NCBI GenBank assembly: GCA_965285935.1 | Contig: OZ260667.1 | Location: 16,368,001-16,432,000 of the forward strand | Direction: 5' to 3' | DNA: 64,000 nt | From: Ophelia neglecta | Taxonomy: Eukaryota | Shown: piece by piece, positions 14,501-27,274 of the stretch | Position numbering within the stretch: position 1 is the first letter of the stretch | Layout: every line of letters begins with the position of its first letter | Made by a program: the position numbers and the translations under genes | The notes under the pieces: model-generated | The model's input: the letters and a program-made list of their open reading frames with translations, nothing else | The model's database searches: none | Told to the model about the DNA's origin: nothing

Positions 14501-17500
14501 TATTCATATGATGCCAGGATGGAAAGGTCAGAAATAATAAGTCAGCTATAGGATTTACATAAACGTGGCTTTCGTGTGTCACAGAACCGATGAAGACTAT
14601 GTAGGTTGACGTCTATAAGTCACAAAACAAGCCACATAAGTACATTCATGTAGGTTATAAGTTCGTTAGCGGCATTGCGTGATCATGTTCTATTGTTAAT
14701 TCGAGCTTTTGTTCTCGTCGTCAGGAAAAGGTACTCCGAAGAAACCAGCGAGATACGTTTTTGTCTGCGGATATTCGAGTTTCCATTAAGACAGATAATC
14801 GCATTTGTTTCCAATCATCTGCTGTGTATGATGGCTAAATAAAAATCAATAGCAATAACCCCTCCCATTGAGCCGCCTAAACTGGATTAAGAAAGCACCC
14901 CCGGGATCTCTTCACATGGTCTACTAACTTGCTTTTCTTCTTACAATCTGTATTTATACATCTATATCCATGGGATAGATTTGAGCAAGAATAGATCGTT
15001 ACATTCCTTGTAAGAAATTATTGGTGCTGAAATATTTGAAGAAAGAAAGAATTGAAAATATTGCCATCTTATGAGAGAAATGTTTTGATAACGGACTTTA
15101 AATGTTGCCCAAGAAAAATATGCTTTGCTGTGGTCTGTTTTATTGGCCACACGAGTTAACCAGTAAAACATTTTAAAAGATCGAGTAATGATGATATCAA
15201 TAAATTATTCTTTACGTGCTGAAAAATGTTTACAGTGTAGGAGCTGCACTTTCTTCTCGTTTTAAACATTTGTAGTAATGTAATATGACAAGCTGCTCAT
15301 CGTCTGTTTTGCCGTTTATTGTGCAGCAATCTCCCGTATATAATTTATCTGCACACAAACAATTAAAATTGTTTGTTTCCTTAAAGTATTATTTTCCAAC
15401 ATTTTTGAAGAAACAATGGGCTGATTATTTAGTAGGTTTGCTCGGCTTAGAGAGATCACTACTGTACCCACAGTGGCACAGTAACTGTGCCCTATACATT
15501 ATCACTGACATATGACAGGGCAGAATTTAGAATTGTACAAAGTCACGGTGTAAACAGAACAGACTAATGCCCCTCCCCTCTTCCTCCCCACCGCGTCTCA
15601 CATCTTTTCCTTACTGTTCTACTGAACTAATTCCAATTCAATATCATGCACCCTTTACTAACAAATACTGAAAGATGTAGTAGCCGATTGTGCAGCGGTT
15701 AGTCCAGGCGGCGTAATACCGACGTGAGCAGGGTTTAACAAATCACACATTAGGGTATATCATATCACACATCAGGTTATAACATATCACACATCAGGGT
15801 TTATCTTATCACACATCAGGGTATTACATATCACACATCAGGGTAAATCATTTCACACTTCAGGGTATAACATATCACACACAAGGGTTTATCATATCAC
15901 ACATCAAAGTATAACATATCACACATAAGGGTTTATCATGTCACACATCTGGGTTAAAACATAGCACACATCAGGGTATATTTCACACATTAGGGTATAA
16001 CGTATCACAAATTAAAATGCTTCTGTTGCACGCCCGAAGTAGTGTAGGTATAACACCCGAGCCGTATGTCAGGGACTTATACCCTTTTAGTCGCTTTTTA
16101 ATTTTACGACCATTACATATGAAAATACTGACATAAGTAAGGACTAAAGGTAAAGATTATATGTTGGACTCCACTAGAGTAGGTATGCAGTTTGCACATT
16201 ACTAAGTGCCTTATATAGATCATGATATCGACCTATTATAAGTCCATATTCTGCTGGTCATTCGTGCCTGTGGTTCGATCCCACATCCATTGCGATAACA
16301 CTTCATTCGCGTCCTTTCTTGGGCGGTGCATTTCTACACGGCTTGTTCTAAATGGCAATATTTTCCGAAATTGGCTACTAATACATGAGTGGGCACTATA
16401 GGCCACTATTTTTGTCAACTTGGCGCCAGTGATCTGCCCAGCCATGTTTACATTGGTTTGACACATAACCCCACCAATATATCTCTCCAAACGCCATTCC
16501 TTGCTATAAAGCGATTTGAGCATGGTGACCGTAAAACGCGATTTTCCGTTCAATATCAATCAGAAACTGACAATTAAATCTGGCTGCCATCCTTATTGGA
16601 CCTCAATCACAGTCAGACAACGTCACCTCAAGGGATTATGGATCCGAGGACTATTTGGCGGGGTGGTGTTGTCAAGCGGTATTTGAATATTATAGAATAT
16701 AGACACGATTTTTTTAAATATGCTCTGCAGTGTTAGTCGATTTAAAATAAACAGCTGCTTAAAAGTATGCAAAGCAAAAACAAAAATAAGTGGCAGTTAT
16801 GACTATGACATAAAAGAACACCTTTTGACGTCATGAAAAGGAATCGATGCAATTAGTAAGGCTGCTTAATAGCCCTCTTTCTGACGTGTTATTACTGAAG
16901 ACATGGAGCTGTAAGCCCCCTAACCCGGCTTAGTTTAGACTAGATGGCCAGTGGATTAATCTAAAGCCACGTTAGAAATGTCGATCCTTTCATTTCCGTT
17001 CGGCCCCCATTAACCCCTTTCAGTGATGTCTATGGCGGCATAAAGATGCTTCCGCCTTAAGTATTGATCACCTTCTCCGCTGTCTTCTCTCATGTCGGTC
17101 TATCCACCTGGAGATGTCCCTCAAATGTAAAGCAGACGGACTGGGAAGAAACTTATCTAAGGGTAAGTCCTCGATAACGGGCTATAATACATGTGAGTCA
17201 ATCCCTCGCTGGTCTCCAGCTGCCTTTCGCCCTCTCTTATTTTCTGTTTCCTACTGCCTTATTGCCTTCGCTAATCCATCGCCACTTGTTCATCAGACAA
17301 CCTTTCACCCTCCGTGTTCTGGGTTATCAATTAATGCCTCTGTTTTGGCTAATGATTGATTACTATGGCAACCGGTGGTTACATGTACCAGGCTCAACGT
17401 AACTGGTCTATTAGGTATCTGAACAAGGTGCTCAATTAAGCCTAGAATGGTGGTAATAGAACTCAATGAGGGTCAACCTACGTACATCACATGTAAAATT

Positions 17501-20500
17501 ACTTCTAATCAAAGTGTATAGGAATGGCCCACTAAAGGTGAAAAATGGACTTTTCCTTATTAGTGGTAGCATTATTTGCTTTAATATCACGATGAAGCAG
17601 AAGCCACGGTCGATGGACAACTTATCAAACCTCAGTGTTATTATTTTCCCAAAACCAATAATTAAATTTAGTGGGGCCATTGATAATTTATTTTACCCTA
17701 TGACGGCAACACAAACTGAACTGGTTAAATGTATATAACCAAGTATTAGGCTACCGAGCGCTGGTAGGAGTGTACCAGGGTAGCCGAAGGCCCGTTAAGT
17801 GGGATAGCGCTGAGAAGGATCAATATCCATAGCTACAGATTCCCGGCCGAGTCAAGGTCAAAAGCCATGTTTGGTGGAAATGAAAATGTGAGCAAACAAC
17901 AAGCTGGTATCGACCAGTTATTGGGGGAAACCAAAGAAAATATTGTTTTATACACGGCAGTGATCACTTTTACCAAAATGATTTCAAACTGGCCGGCATG
18001 TTTTCATTTTAAACAGTCTTTCCCTGAAAGAAACATATTTGATTACCCTACAATAAGGTGGTTAATAGTTGTTTGAGGAGGCTACTAGTGATGAACTTCC
18101 CAAAAGCCCACTGTCTAAAACTAAAAAAAAATCCATGATAAAAGAATATGTGCCAGAATTGTGTTAACTGTTATGTTTGTTTATTAGGTCACAGTCACTG
18201 CAAGCTTTTCCCCTCTGTGTTAAAGCTGGCCTTGGGTATAATTTCACCACTTTAGAAATTCATTGCATGTTCTCTAGTGTAAGCGAAGCCATTTTTAAAG
18301 ACTTTAGATCATTTTATGTACTATGAAAAACTTGTTTTCTCCGGTAACAAAAAAAAGGTGTATTACATATCCAGCAGAAAAATAGTAATGAATTGGCATT
18401 TGCCATTCATTAGCTTGATTTACAACTTCAATTGTAAATGGATATTCTTTTTTAGGTTTGATCTGGACATTCAAAAACACGTTTGATACCATCAATTATT
18501 TTAGGTCTTATTGAATAAAACGTACAAGTATGATATACATGACGTGGCGGGTAAATGGGTGGAAAGTTATCTACCAAATTAATTGGTTACAGAACAGTTA
18601 GTTTTCTTCATGGCGCCAGGTCTTTTGAAAAGAATATTTCTTCATAGGGCTCACCTGTTTGGAACATTATATTTTTTTTGCTTCATGGGATTGACTTGTC
18701 AACAGTTTCAAAGGTGTTATACCCAATTTTTTCCGAATGCTTCTAACTTGATTATGGTAAATATACATCCGTTAACGGTTAATATACTATACCAAGAGTT
18801 CCAGCTATCCCAAAAGTTCTAATCAGAGGAATTGTCTCTTAACATTAAAACATCCATTTTCCTTAATTATGATTCTAAGAAATACTCTATTAGCTTTTTG
18901 GTATACATTAAAATGGACTGTTCACCTATTGAACACGTTGATAGCTTATCGTTATTGGGAGTTATATCAGGTTATAGATTGTCACTAAATGGACATAAAC
19001 GACGAGCCAAGAAGCGAGAGGAATCGGTATAGTTATTAAATCTAGCCGGGTGTGAAAAACATCCGCATAATTAACTTTATAGTAGTCTCATGTATCCCTG
19101 TTTAGTTAGTTTGTCAATGTGTGGGGCTCAACTTAAAGCTGCTACAAGGTATTGTTTTACTGATAAAAGAGAGCAGGGTCTTCACGCTGTCAACCTAATG
19201 GAGCAAACATGTTCATTGGTTTCAAGGTTAAAGCAGCTGATTATGGACACTATACATAAATATAAAGATATTCTATTTGTGTTCAAGATAAAGACCATTT
19301 TTAATACTGTCTGTAGTTCGATATGTTCTGTCTTATTAGTGCAGTGCATGCTAATCAATTTACACTACGTCATATGTGTGTACCGGTTGATGGACCTGTT
19401 CCAAGAAGTCAACTAATCACCAAGGGATAAAACTACGGAATTGTTTTCGAGATAAGGTTGGACATAATGTTAGTACAGTCACATTTACTACAAATAATCA
19501 TCTAACAGAATTAGGCAGGCATTTTAGACTGATACGTATCACCTTCCCCATTTCTTTCTTCGTGTATGACTATTTTTTCCATTTCCTTTTTATACCTTTG
19601 ACGTAATGGTACAGGATATCATAATGATACTTTACATAACCCAATAGGTGTCTCCAGCTGCCTTTGCACTGGTAATAGTGTTTTTAAACACACAAAATGG
19701 TAATTTTGTTTTTTGATAGTAAAATGAATAGTTGTTAAAGCTGAATAAATTCTATTTATAAGAGACAATCAAAGTACTCAACACACATTTGGATTCACCA
19801 GAATAAAGTGCCATCAGAATAATGTCCATACACAAGTATCAGAATTATGTTCCCCAGGAGTAACGCTTACTTACAACTCACTGATGGAAATTCCGTGATG
19901 ACTATTTGTTTATCCCTCGCGTCAAATACGCGGCTGTATGTTACCCCTTACGTTGATTAAAATTGGCCCATTATCTTACCAAACCCATAATTGAAAATCT
20001 GCAGGGGCAGTTTGCTTTTGGGTATCGAGCACATTTGCACACAATTGCAGCCGGCCGCAGACAAATCATTCTATCAGAGGTATTTGCGTGATAACCGGCT
20101 CCGAGGCGAGATTGGATAATTGCCTTGGGTCGACGATGGAAAGATTTCAATTGGACTTCAGCAGGAGCCCGTGATAGCCTGTGATGGGGAGATCATTATC
20201 ATTGTAGACACGGAACTACAATTATAGCGCAGACAATCGAGGCAAGTCGTTGAGCATGTGATGAAAGTTGCTGACTCACTTATTCTAGTCTTATTTTCTG
20301 ATTTCTATAACAGTCACTCGTTGACGTCAGTTCTCAGCATCACGTACCAAATAATTACTCCCTTAACCACGTACATAATTTACCAAAAAAAGCTTCTGTG
20401 AGCATGTCGAACTTCCTGTTTTATATTAAATAGATTATGACACTATGTGTATTAAATTTGATTCCTGAGGCCGTTACTGATATTGCTTCAGCAAAAGAAC

Positions 20501-23500
20501 TTATTTATGGACTACTTTACATGAAAGTACTAGCTATGGTTCTCGAATTTGCTAATGTGTTTTAGATAAATTGCAATTATTTAAGAATGCCAACGTATTT
20601 TTACGCCTTCCATTAGTCGCCTCGATCGCTACTCGGAACACATTTAGGAGAGACGAAGTCACTCTCATCGGAATGGATGTGCATAAAAAAAGATCCCATC
20701 GATGTTTTTTCAATGCTGCTTAATAACATCTATATGGATCATCAATATGAGTAAAGAAAAAAATTGTTTATTTTTCTTCGCTCACGCTAGTATTCAATTT
20801 ATCTATTTATCGTTATGTAGAGATTTGAGTTCCTGATTTGTACACATGCTATGATAACTGAATGTTGATACATGCTGAGCCGAAGTGCGTTTAAATGCCA
20901 AAATAATCAGAGGATTTTACGAATACTTGGAAATTACAGAGATTGTTAATATTTCAAAGTACTGCCCCCCCCCCCCCCCCCCCTTCCCGTCTTAAGTAAT
21001 ATTAATGTATTGTAATGGTTTGGCTTGTAAATAGGAATCAGTGATACGGTATAGGAGCACTCATTCATTGCTTTTATGGAGTCTGATAATTTCTTGTAAT
21101 TATCTCAAACATTTAGTGTTTCAGTATCTCTTTTCCTAGTTCATTAAACCTTATCATATGACGTCTATAATATATACAAATGGGTCTACAAGAAACATTT
21201 CATGGAAAGTAGCAAGTCATTGTCATTCAGTGTGGCGCGCGTATTGTTTTATTGCTCTTCTCCTACGTCTAGATAACGACAGGATGAACTTTGATTGGTG
21301 AAATGCCGGGATAGAAATCAGAGAGCTACTAGCAAATATCAAGGCTGCTTTTTCATCCTTAATGTCTCGAGGATCGAGATGAATATTGCATGACAGTCGA
21401 TGTGTTCCCATGGCTGTTTCTGTCTGAGGAAGTGCGCAATTTCCGGTCGTAAAAAAAGTTTCTTGGCGATAGAATTTAATTACCATTTCGAGAGTGATAG
21501 AGCTGGTTACATTTAAGTCCTGGGTGGATTTCTTGAAAGCCTCGAGTATCATTTGCAATCAAAGATCCAATTGCATGCATGATCTACGCTTTGGTAACAA
21601 GTGTTCATGACTTAAGAGTCATGGGAGAAACCCCCATTTCCTTGGGGCACTGTTAGTCCCGAAACGGAGGCCGCGATTAACATGAAAACTACAGGTTATA
21701 GACCAAACATCGTACCAATGGTAGCTTTTTGATATATGGATTAAGATTATTTCTAGTTTAACGCGAAAAACGCTAGTACTATTCTCCGGGTAAAAAAAAA
21801 ACAATTTTTCGAACCTCATTGTCCATATGGGTTAGATAAGGAAATTGGAAAAAAGGGCTACGTGCGCGAAATAATTTACTAGGTTGTAATTCAAGGTCTC
21901 CTTTATGTCCAACAATTTGCCTACACTTTACCCGGCGTGTCATAATAACATAGCTCAAGGTCTCCATGCACTTTACAGGAAGGGCACGTAGAGTCCGCTC
22001 CAAGAATGTTGTCATGCTCCTAAACGGATGCGATGCCCATCCCTTTTGTATATCATTATACATCTTATATGAGACGTGAGTCATGATTTGCTATAACCTT
22101 TGGGTATATGCTCTAAATGCCATATTCCTTCGGCCTTAAGGCTTCGGGACATGGAAGCTGGAGCAAACTGCCCCCAAATATTTGGCAAGAACCACTATAT
22201 GCTTATTGTAGAGAAGTATATTACTTTACCCGGCAGACGACTTCTCGGGTCCCTACAATTCTCCCGGACGATGTATGAAAGCATGTCAACTGACCTCAAA
22301 TCAGGGAACAGTCCACCCAGCTTCATCGTTCAATAATTCATAATGTACAAAACTCGACATGATGTTCCAATTTGTCCAATCGAGTAAATCGATTATCAGA
22401 GAAAACCGGCATAGGCATGTAGACCCTGGGTAATCTAATGGTCTATCTGGATCAATCGTTTGGGTATACAAATATTTGTTAGTATTCAAAGAATATTGGC
22501 ATTCGTGGTTAACGCAAAAATAGATAGAATATCTCAGCATTCCCAGTCAGGACTATTATAGATCAAGTCTTGATATCTGAACTATTTTGACTCGTGTATG
22601 GTTCTCCCGTTAACCAGCGTTGTCTATTTTTCACATAAGCTGCCTCTGATGTTTCCTTCTGTGAATCTAATCACAATAAACCTTTGGTACCATTGCCGTT
22701 AACTCTTCTGTCAGCTATTGAGGTAGATCACATGTATGTGATTTCACTAGGCTGCTGTAGGGCTGGGCTAGACCCAATTTGTGCTTGTCATCGACTGAGT
22801 AAAAGTGGTTCCCTTTTTGTGTCTCATGGCGCTTTGAACGAAGAAATGCTTTGTTTGTTTCACTACAGGTCGTCCGTTAATGCTATTTTTTGCTTAGGTA
22901 TAAATTAATGCGATCGTTTTCGAGATTAGAGAATAGGAAATGTAAACCAGGCACATTATAGGAGGAAAAGTATGTGTTTTTGATTAGGAAGTCTATTTCA
23001 TGCCTTAGTATACATCTAGAAACCCTCCAACCATCATCCTCATCAGATTAAGTAAACCCGGAAGTAACCAGACGAGATTACCCCGTTTGTCGTTCCATCC
23101 AAATCACCACATTCACTCCCTTGTTGGTATTCTAGTTTCGTATTTGGGTCGAAGCTGCGAGGTTTGTCCGGAATAACGACCAAATTATGCGTACAAAACA
23201 TTCCCAACCAAATTACAGTACTTAAAATAATTAGAGAACGCAATAAAGGAAGCTGCTCTAACGGACGGGACAGACATGCATACAACTGGTTTAGATACAC
23301 CCTTTACTGCTAAAAGGGTGTAAGGTTGAACATCAGGAAACCATTCGGAAAGACATGCTTTGTGCCTTTATGAAATTTGTCATTGGCCTTCTTTGTTAAC
23401 ACTCTGACATGGTGTATGGCTGCTAAACCGGCGGTTTACAACAATCTCAAGAAGGAAAATGAATATCAGTTAGTTTGCATAAGCCGTCCTTGGCTGTAAA

Positions 23501-25236
23501 TTCTTCATATTCCTTGTGATTTTTAAGAATCAAATATGGAAGAGAACGTTATATAGACAATATCATACGCATGTTGACATGTAACCAGTGTAACTTCTCA
23601 AATAGTACTAAACCCTTGGAGCTAATTATCTCGAGCAGACGATGAAGGTTTTTATTCTGCCTGTGAGTATACTTCTAGCAAACTTAAACTATCAGCCAAA
23701 TGTGATCTAAACATACATATCTGACCCTTTGGTCCTTTGATAAAGAAGCTTTTTATAACCATTCACTTTGTTTCTCTGATCAATACTCGTCAAATATTGA
23801 CCATCGTCATTAATGTGCTGCCCTGTGTTGCCTGTGTAGCGATTGGCCAATGGCAGTTGACATTCTCAACAGGTTTGCGATCAATGGGAAGTGAGTTTAG
23901 TGAATTAACCAGCCGCACTGCAAATTACAGTTAATTACGTTTCGGACTATTTATTTTGTTCAGTATATAGCTGACTGCGATTTGATGATTTCCTTTCTAT
24001 TACCAGTATACTTTGGCGAGAAAATGATATGAATAGAAACCACTGATGAAAGTTGTTTCCAGAGTTACCCACCTTTGTGAAATCTCCCAGGACAAAGCCT
24101 TGCTCAACACCAGTGAAAATCACTAGCGGCACCAGCATTTGTAGCCGAGGGTCCTGCATGATTCTGACAGTGGCAAAGAAAAGTTGTTGCGATGAAAGGG
24201 ACATAGACTTATCATTGTCTGTGGTGTTGCTCTGGTTGGAATCAAGAAGGGCGAGAGTTAAGACAATGGCCATCACAGCACAGCCCGCGTGTATACAGAG
24301 AAGTAGGGTTCGAGCCTCCCATGTAACATGGCCAACGAAATGGGGTAGATAGTCATCAGGGAACTCGTTCTTTAGGCCGCAATCTCGAGCCCCACATACC
24401 AGCCTAGTTCGGGATGCGTTCATTCTGTTTTGATGGACGGTGCCATTGTCTGCGGAAAGAATGGTGGCTGAGAGTAAATTGCCCCACACTTGGCTGGTTT
24501 GAAGGATCCCACAGAAGACCCCGTTGAATTTGTTGATCATGGCCTCGTGGAGCTGTCCAGAGCTTTGAGCGTGTCGTATTGCCAACGTGGTCAAATAAGT
24601 GCTTTGGGCGCTCCACAAAGGACCAGTCAGCGTCCCTAACAGTACACTGGCCGGCAGCATGACGAAGGGCCGCGGGTAGAAGTTGGTGAGGATGTACACC
24701 AGGAACAGAACGTAACTGGCCAATATGGTGCCTTTAGTTTTGAGTCGGCCGATAACAGCAGGAGCAAAGAAGCACGAACACACGGTGGCGCCATAGGCAC
24801 AAGCCAGAGATACCACCCCGACCCCTCTGTGAGCATTCAACGTACTCTGTAAACTTTGTAGGGAAACGAAAGCTGTAAACATAAACATAAACGCACATCC
24901 CAGCACCAACAGGTTCTTTATTGCTCTCTTGCTTGGACTTGTTTCTTGTTGTTTAATATTTTTTACTGGTGATGGGTCCTGTATTTGGAAATAAGAACTT
25001 TCCTTATTGCCCTCAGTTGAACATTGGCCTAGACCGCTGTGGCTGCCCTGACCCTCGGACAGGGGTCGCAGTTTGTCGGCAGAGTGGGTATCAACTTTCA
25101 TTGTATAGTAGCCTAGGGACTCCACCGACTGAGGCTTTATCAGCTGCTCCTGGGATGTCATCTCCTCTATTATGTCAGCATGACGAGAATTTGTACCTAT
25201 TATCCAGCTCCCTTTGGTGCTTTTAAAAACCGGCAT
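5335..25236 (-). CDS. unc-93: UNC-93-like (UNC93A family) multi-pass membrane protein, ~553 aa; join complement(24073-25236, 6253-6388, 5937-6068, 5335-5564)
   Basis: Family motifs KNLLVLGCAFMFMFTAFVSLQSLQSTLN, PLWSAQSTYLT, FNGVFCGILQTSQVWGNLLS, GVEQGFVLGDFTK|SYVNCALG, DAIWQTQTN and LFGVLFAENQEAAFACYRMFQAIG. All three introns are GT-AG and keep the frame (phases 0, 1, 1). Confidence 0.92.
5937..6068 (-). CDS. unc-93: UNC-93-like coding exon 3 (...WRP...DAIWQTQTN)
   Basis: ttttag acceptor, A|GTAAGT donor. Confidence 0.92.
6253..6388 (-). CDS. unc-93: UNC-93-like coding exon 2 (SYVNCALGIHKIGYVLMCFG...)
   Basis: tttcag acceptor, G|GTAAGT donor. Confidence 0.92.
9322..10387. mobile_element. Putative MITE or non-autonomous DNA transposon
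   Basis: Imperfect terminal inverted repeats gggtggagttctgaaagatt / aaacttttagaactccactc plus sub-terminal cttatgtcttaaacttaagtcaa / ttgactttaggttaagataag; no clear TSD. Confidence 0.4.
15729..16009. repeat. 22-bp minisatellite (atcacacatcagggtataacat), ~12.5 copies
   Basis: Read directly from the sequence. Confidence 0.95.
18130..19290 (+). mobile_element. Decayed non-LTR retrotransposon (CR1/L2/Crack group), reverse-transcriptase remnant
   Basis: Frameshifted motifs in canonical order: FPSVLKLA, FDTINY..LLNKTYKYDIHDVAGKWVESYL, LSLNIKT, IEHVDSLSLLGVI, LYSSLMYP..VWGST, EQTCSLVSRLKQLIMDTIHKYKDILFVFK. Confidence 0.75.
24073..25236 (-). CDS. unc-93: UNC-93-like coding exon 1 (388 codons)
   Basis: ORF 23947-25236; donor AAG|GTGGGT at 24073/24072; in-frame stop shortly upstream of the ATG. 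Confidence 0.9.
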
Positions 25237-26951
25237 CTTGTATATATAAAGGTAGTTCCAAAGCTAATAAATAAGAATCATCAAACTATCCAAAACACAC
25301 ATAGGTTTTTAGGTCTAGAAATTCTAATTTCTTCTCTTCCAGTGGGCTTAGGACAGACAGGATTACTGTGGTATGGTAGTCATGGATTTATTAACCTTAA
25401 AGCCATTCTCACCGACCAGGTATCAATCACTCCACAGCCTTTCCACATATGGATTTGCGTAACCGTGGATCTCTTAAGCCAGATATTTCTACTCTGCGAA
25501 GGCATCACATGGCTAATATTTACTCTAGGTAAACTCATTCCATTTCTGTCTGGAGTGCTGAGCACGTTAGGTAAATTAAAAGAAACCACAGAGCTCAATA
25601 TGGATGTCAATAGGAACCCAATAAATTACACTGCCTGTTTAACTGTTTGCCCGACGGGAAGCCTCTGTCTTTGTTAACCGTGCGTGCTCCACCGTCAAGG
25701 TTTCTTTGCAGCCGCTTAATACCTTTTATGTCCCTCTTTCTGCCGCAGATTTCGCCATCCGTGCATGCTGCATTAACTGCAAGCTTTAATAGGCCAATCA
25801 AAGGGCGCACTGCGTAGATCTCCGTGGCAATCTTGCAGGTAGTTTGCTCCGGGGATGCCCTATTTCAGTCAGATAATCACACCGACTACCACCTATATCC
25901 AACCACAAACCATCGTTTAACATCACTCTCAGGTAATATTCATTGAACACTAAAGCTATTTTCTCCTGATTGAATAGAAAGTGCTCATAATGTGCAGTAT
26001 TAGCCACCCCTAGCCGTGGTATGGCCGAGGTATGGCCGAGGACATCATTTTGCCTGGTTCGTCAGAATTATCCACCAGTTAATGAGATCCACTTTTCTTC
26101 AAACCTCCGATTTCCAAATCGATAGAGCAGTAGTTAATAAAGCTCCGTGTTCTTGCTGATGTTAACCATGCTTGCTACCCCCAGATCAATGACAAAAGTA
26201 CAAGACCAGACTTGCCAATGCTTTCCTCGTGGGGATTCACGCAGCCGGTGCAAATAGCTCTAATGGTCCTTTGCCTTCCTCAGGTTTTCATATACCGTCC
26301 TGCTATGTCATGCAACTGTTGCTGCGAGACTCTCCATCATGTGCCTTGCAGCGCAATTTCTGCTTGTACCCCTGTTCTGCTTTGCAAAGGTTTCTTGCTT
26401 CTTGTGGCGGAGCTGCTCTTGTTGTCCTGTAAAATTATAGATGCCAGAGGGTAAGGTTGACCCAGTGTATGTGACAAGAATGTCATTTCTCCGGTATATG
26501 ACCTGCCCACTGTTCTCGAACACTAACACTGTCCGGTGATGGAGGTACGAGGCTAATCTCAATCGACAGCGCAATGCCATACAGGAATCACGTCTCGCTA
26601 TGCCCCTAATGAACAAATCAAGCTTATCAACGGCTTCATTGCATATTGGGTTAGCCTAGGGAAGCAATGTCAAACGATATAGGATACACCCGGAGTGCTT
26701 TATGGAAAAGTCACACCCAATGTCGTCAGGCATTTATGCAATTGGAGAAAAAACCGAAGTCTGCAAAATATACTTCTCATTCTGTCACGATGAGTTAAGA
26801 ATGAGCACACACTTGTAGGTGCGTCTGGTAAAAGAAGGAGATCCTAGAAATGAAAGTTCATTTTGATTATTTCCAGTAATGGCGTCATCGTGCAAATAGT
26901 ATGCTATTACAGTCTGGAAGGTCCAATGTTTCCTTGAATCACAGCTCACAC

Positions 26952-27274
26952 CTATTTCATGTGTCTTTCCTTTGCATTTTACTTATGGCTGGTCCGATGC
27001 AATGCGTCCCTCGGTCGCCACACTGATCCCAAGGGTGGTTCTTGGTGATGTCATGCGCGAAGGGTTGTCCGACGCCATGTCATGTTTCCTTGTCTAACAT
27101 TTGGAGTATTTGGCGGCGGACTCCAGCCACACGTGTTAAATGCGCTAGCTGGGCGCGCAGTTTCGTTGCAGCTTGCTGCTGAGGTTGGTGTCGTGCCCGA
27201 CGTTTACCAGCTAACGTTCATCCTCGATGTAGATCTATTGATATTAAACGTCCAATCTCTACCACTAGCTGGAC
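26952..27274 (-). other. Putative 5'-UTR exon of the UNC-93-like gene
   Basis: Acceptor tctttgttttggtggcag| and donor ATAG|GTGAGC bracket a GC-richer block with only short uORFs; a further acceptor tataattttacag| at ~26427. Confidence 0.45.

Noticed and set aside
15729-16009. CRISPR-like periodic array
   Set aside because: The units are contiguous with no unique spacers, the context is eukaryotic, and there are no cas genes.
22340-22560. Possible second LINE fragment
   Set aside because: Only one vague motif; too weak to call.
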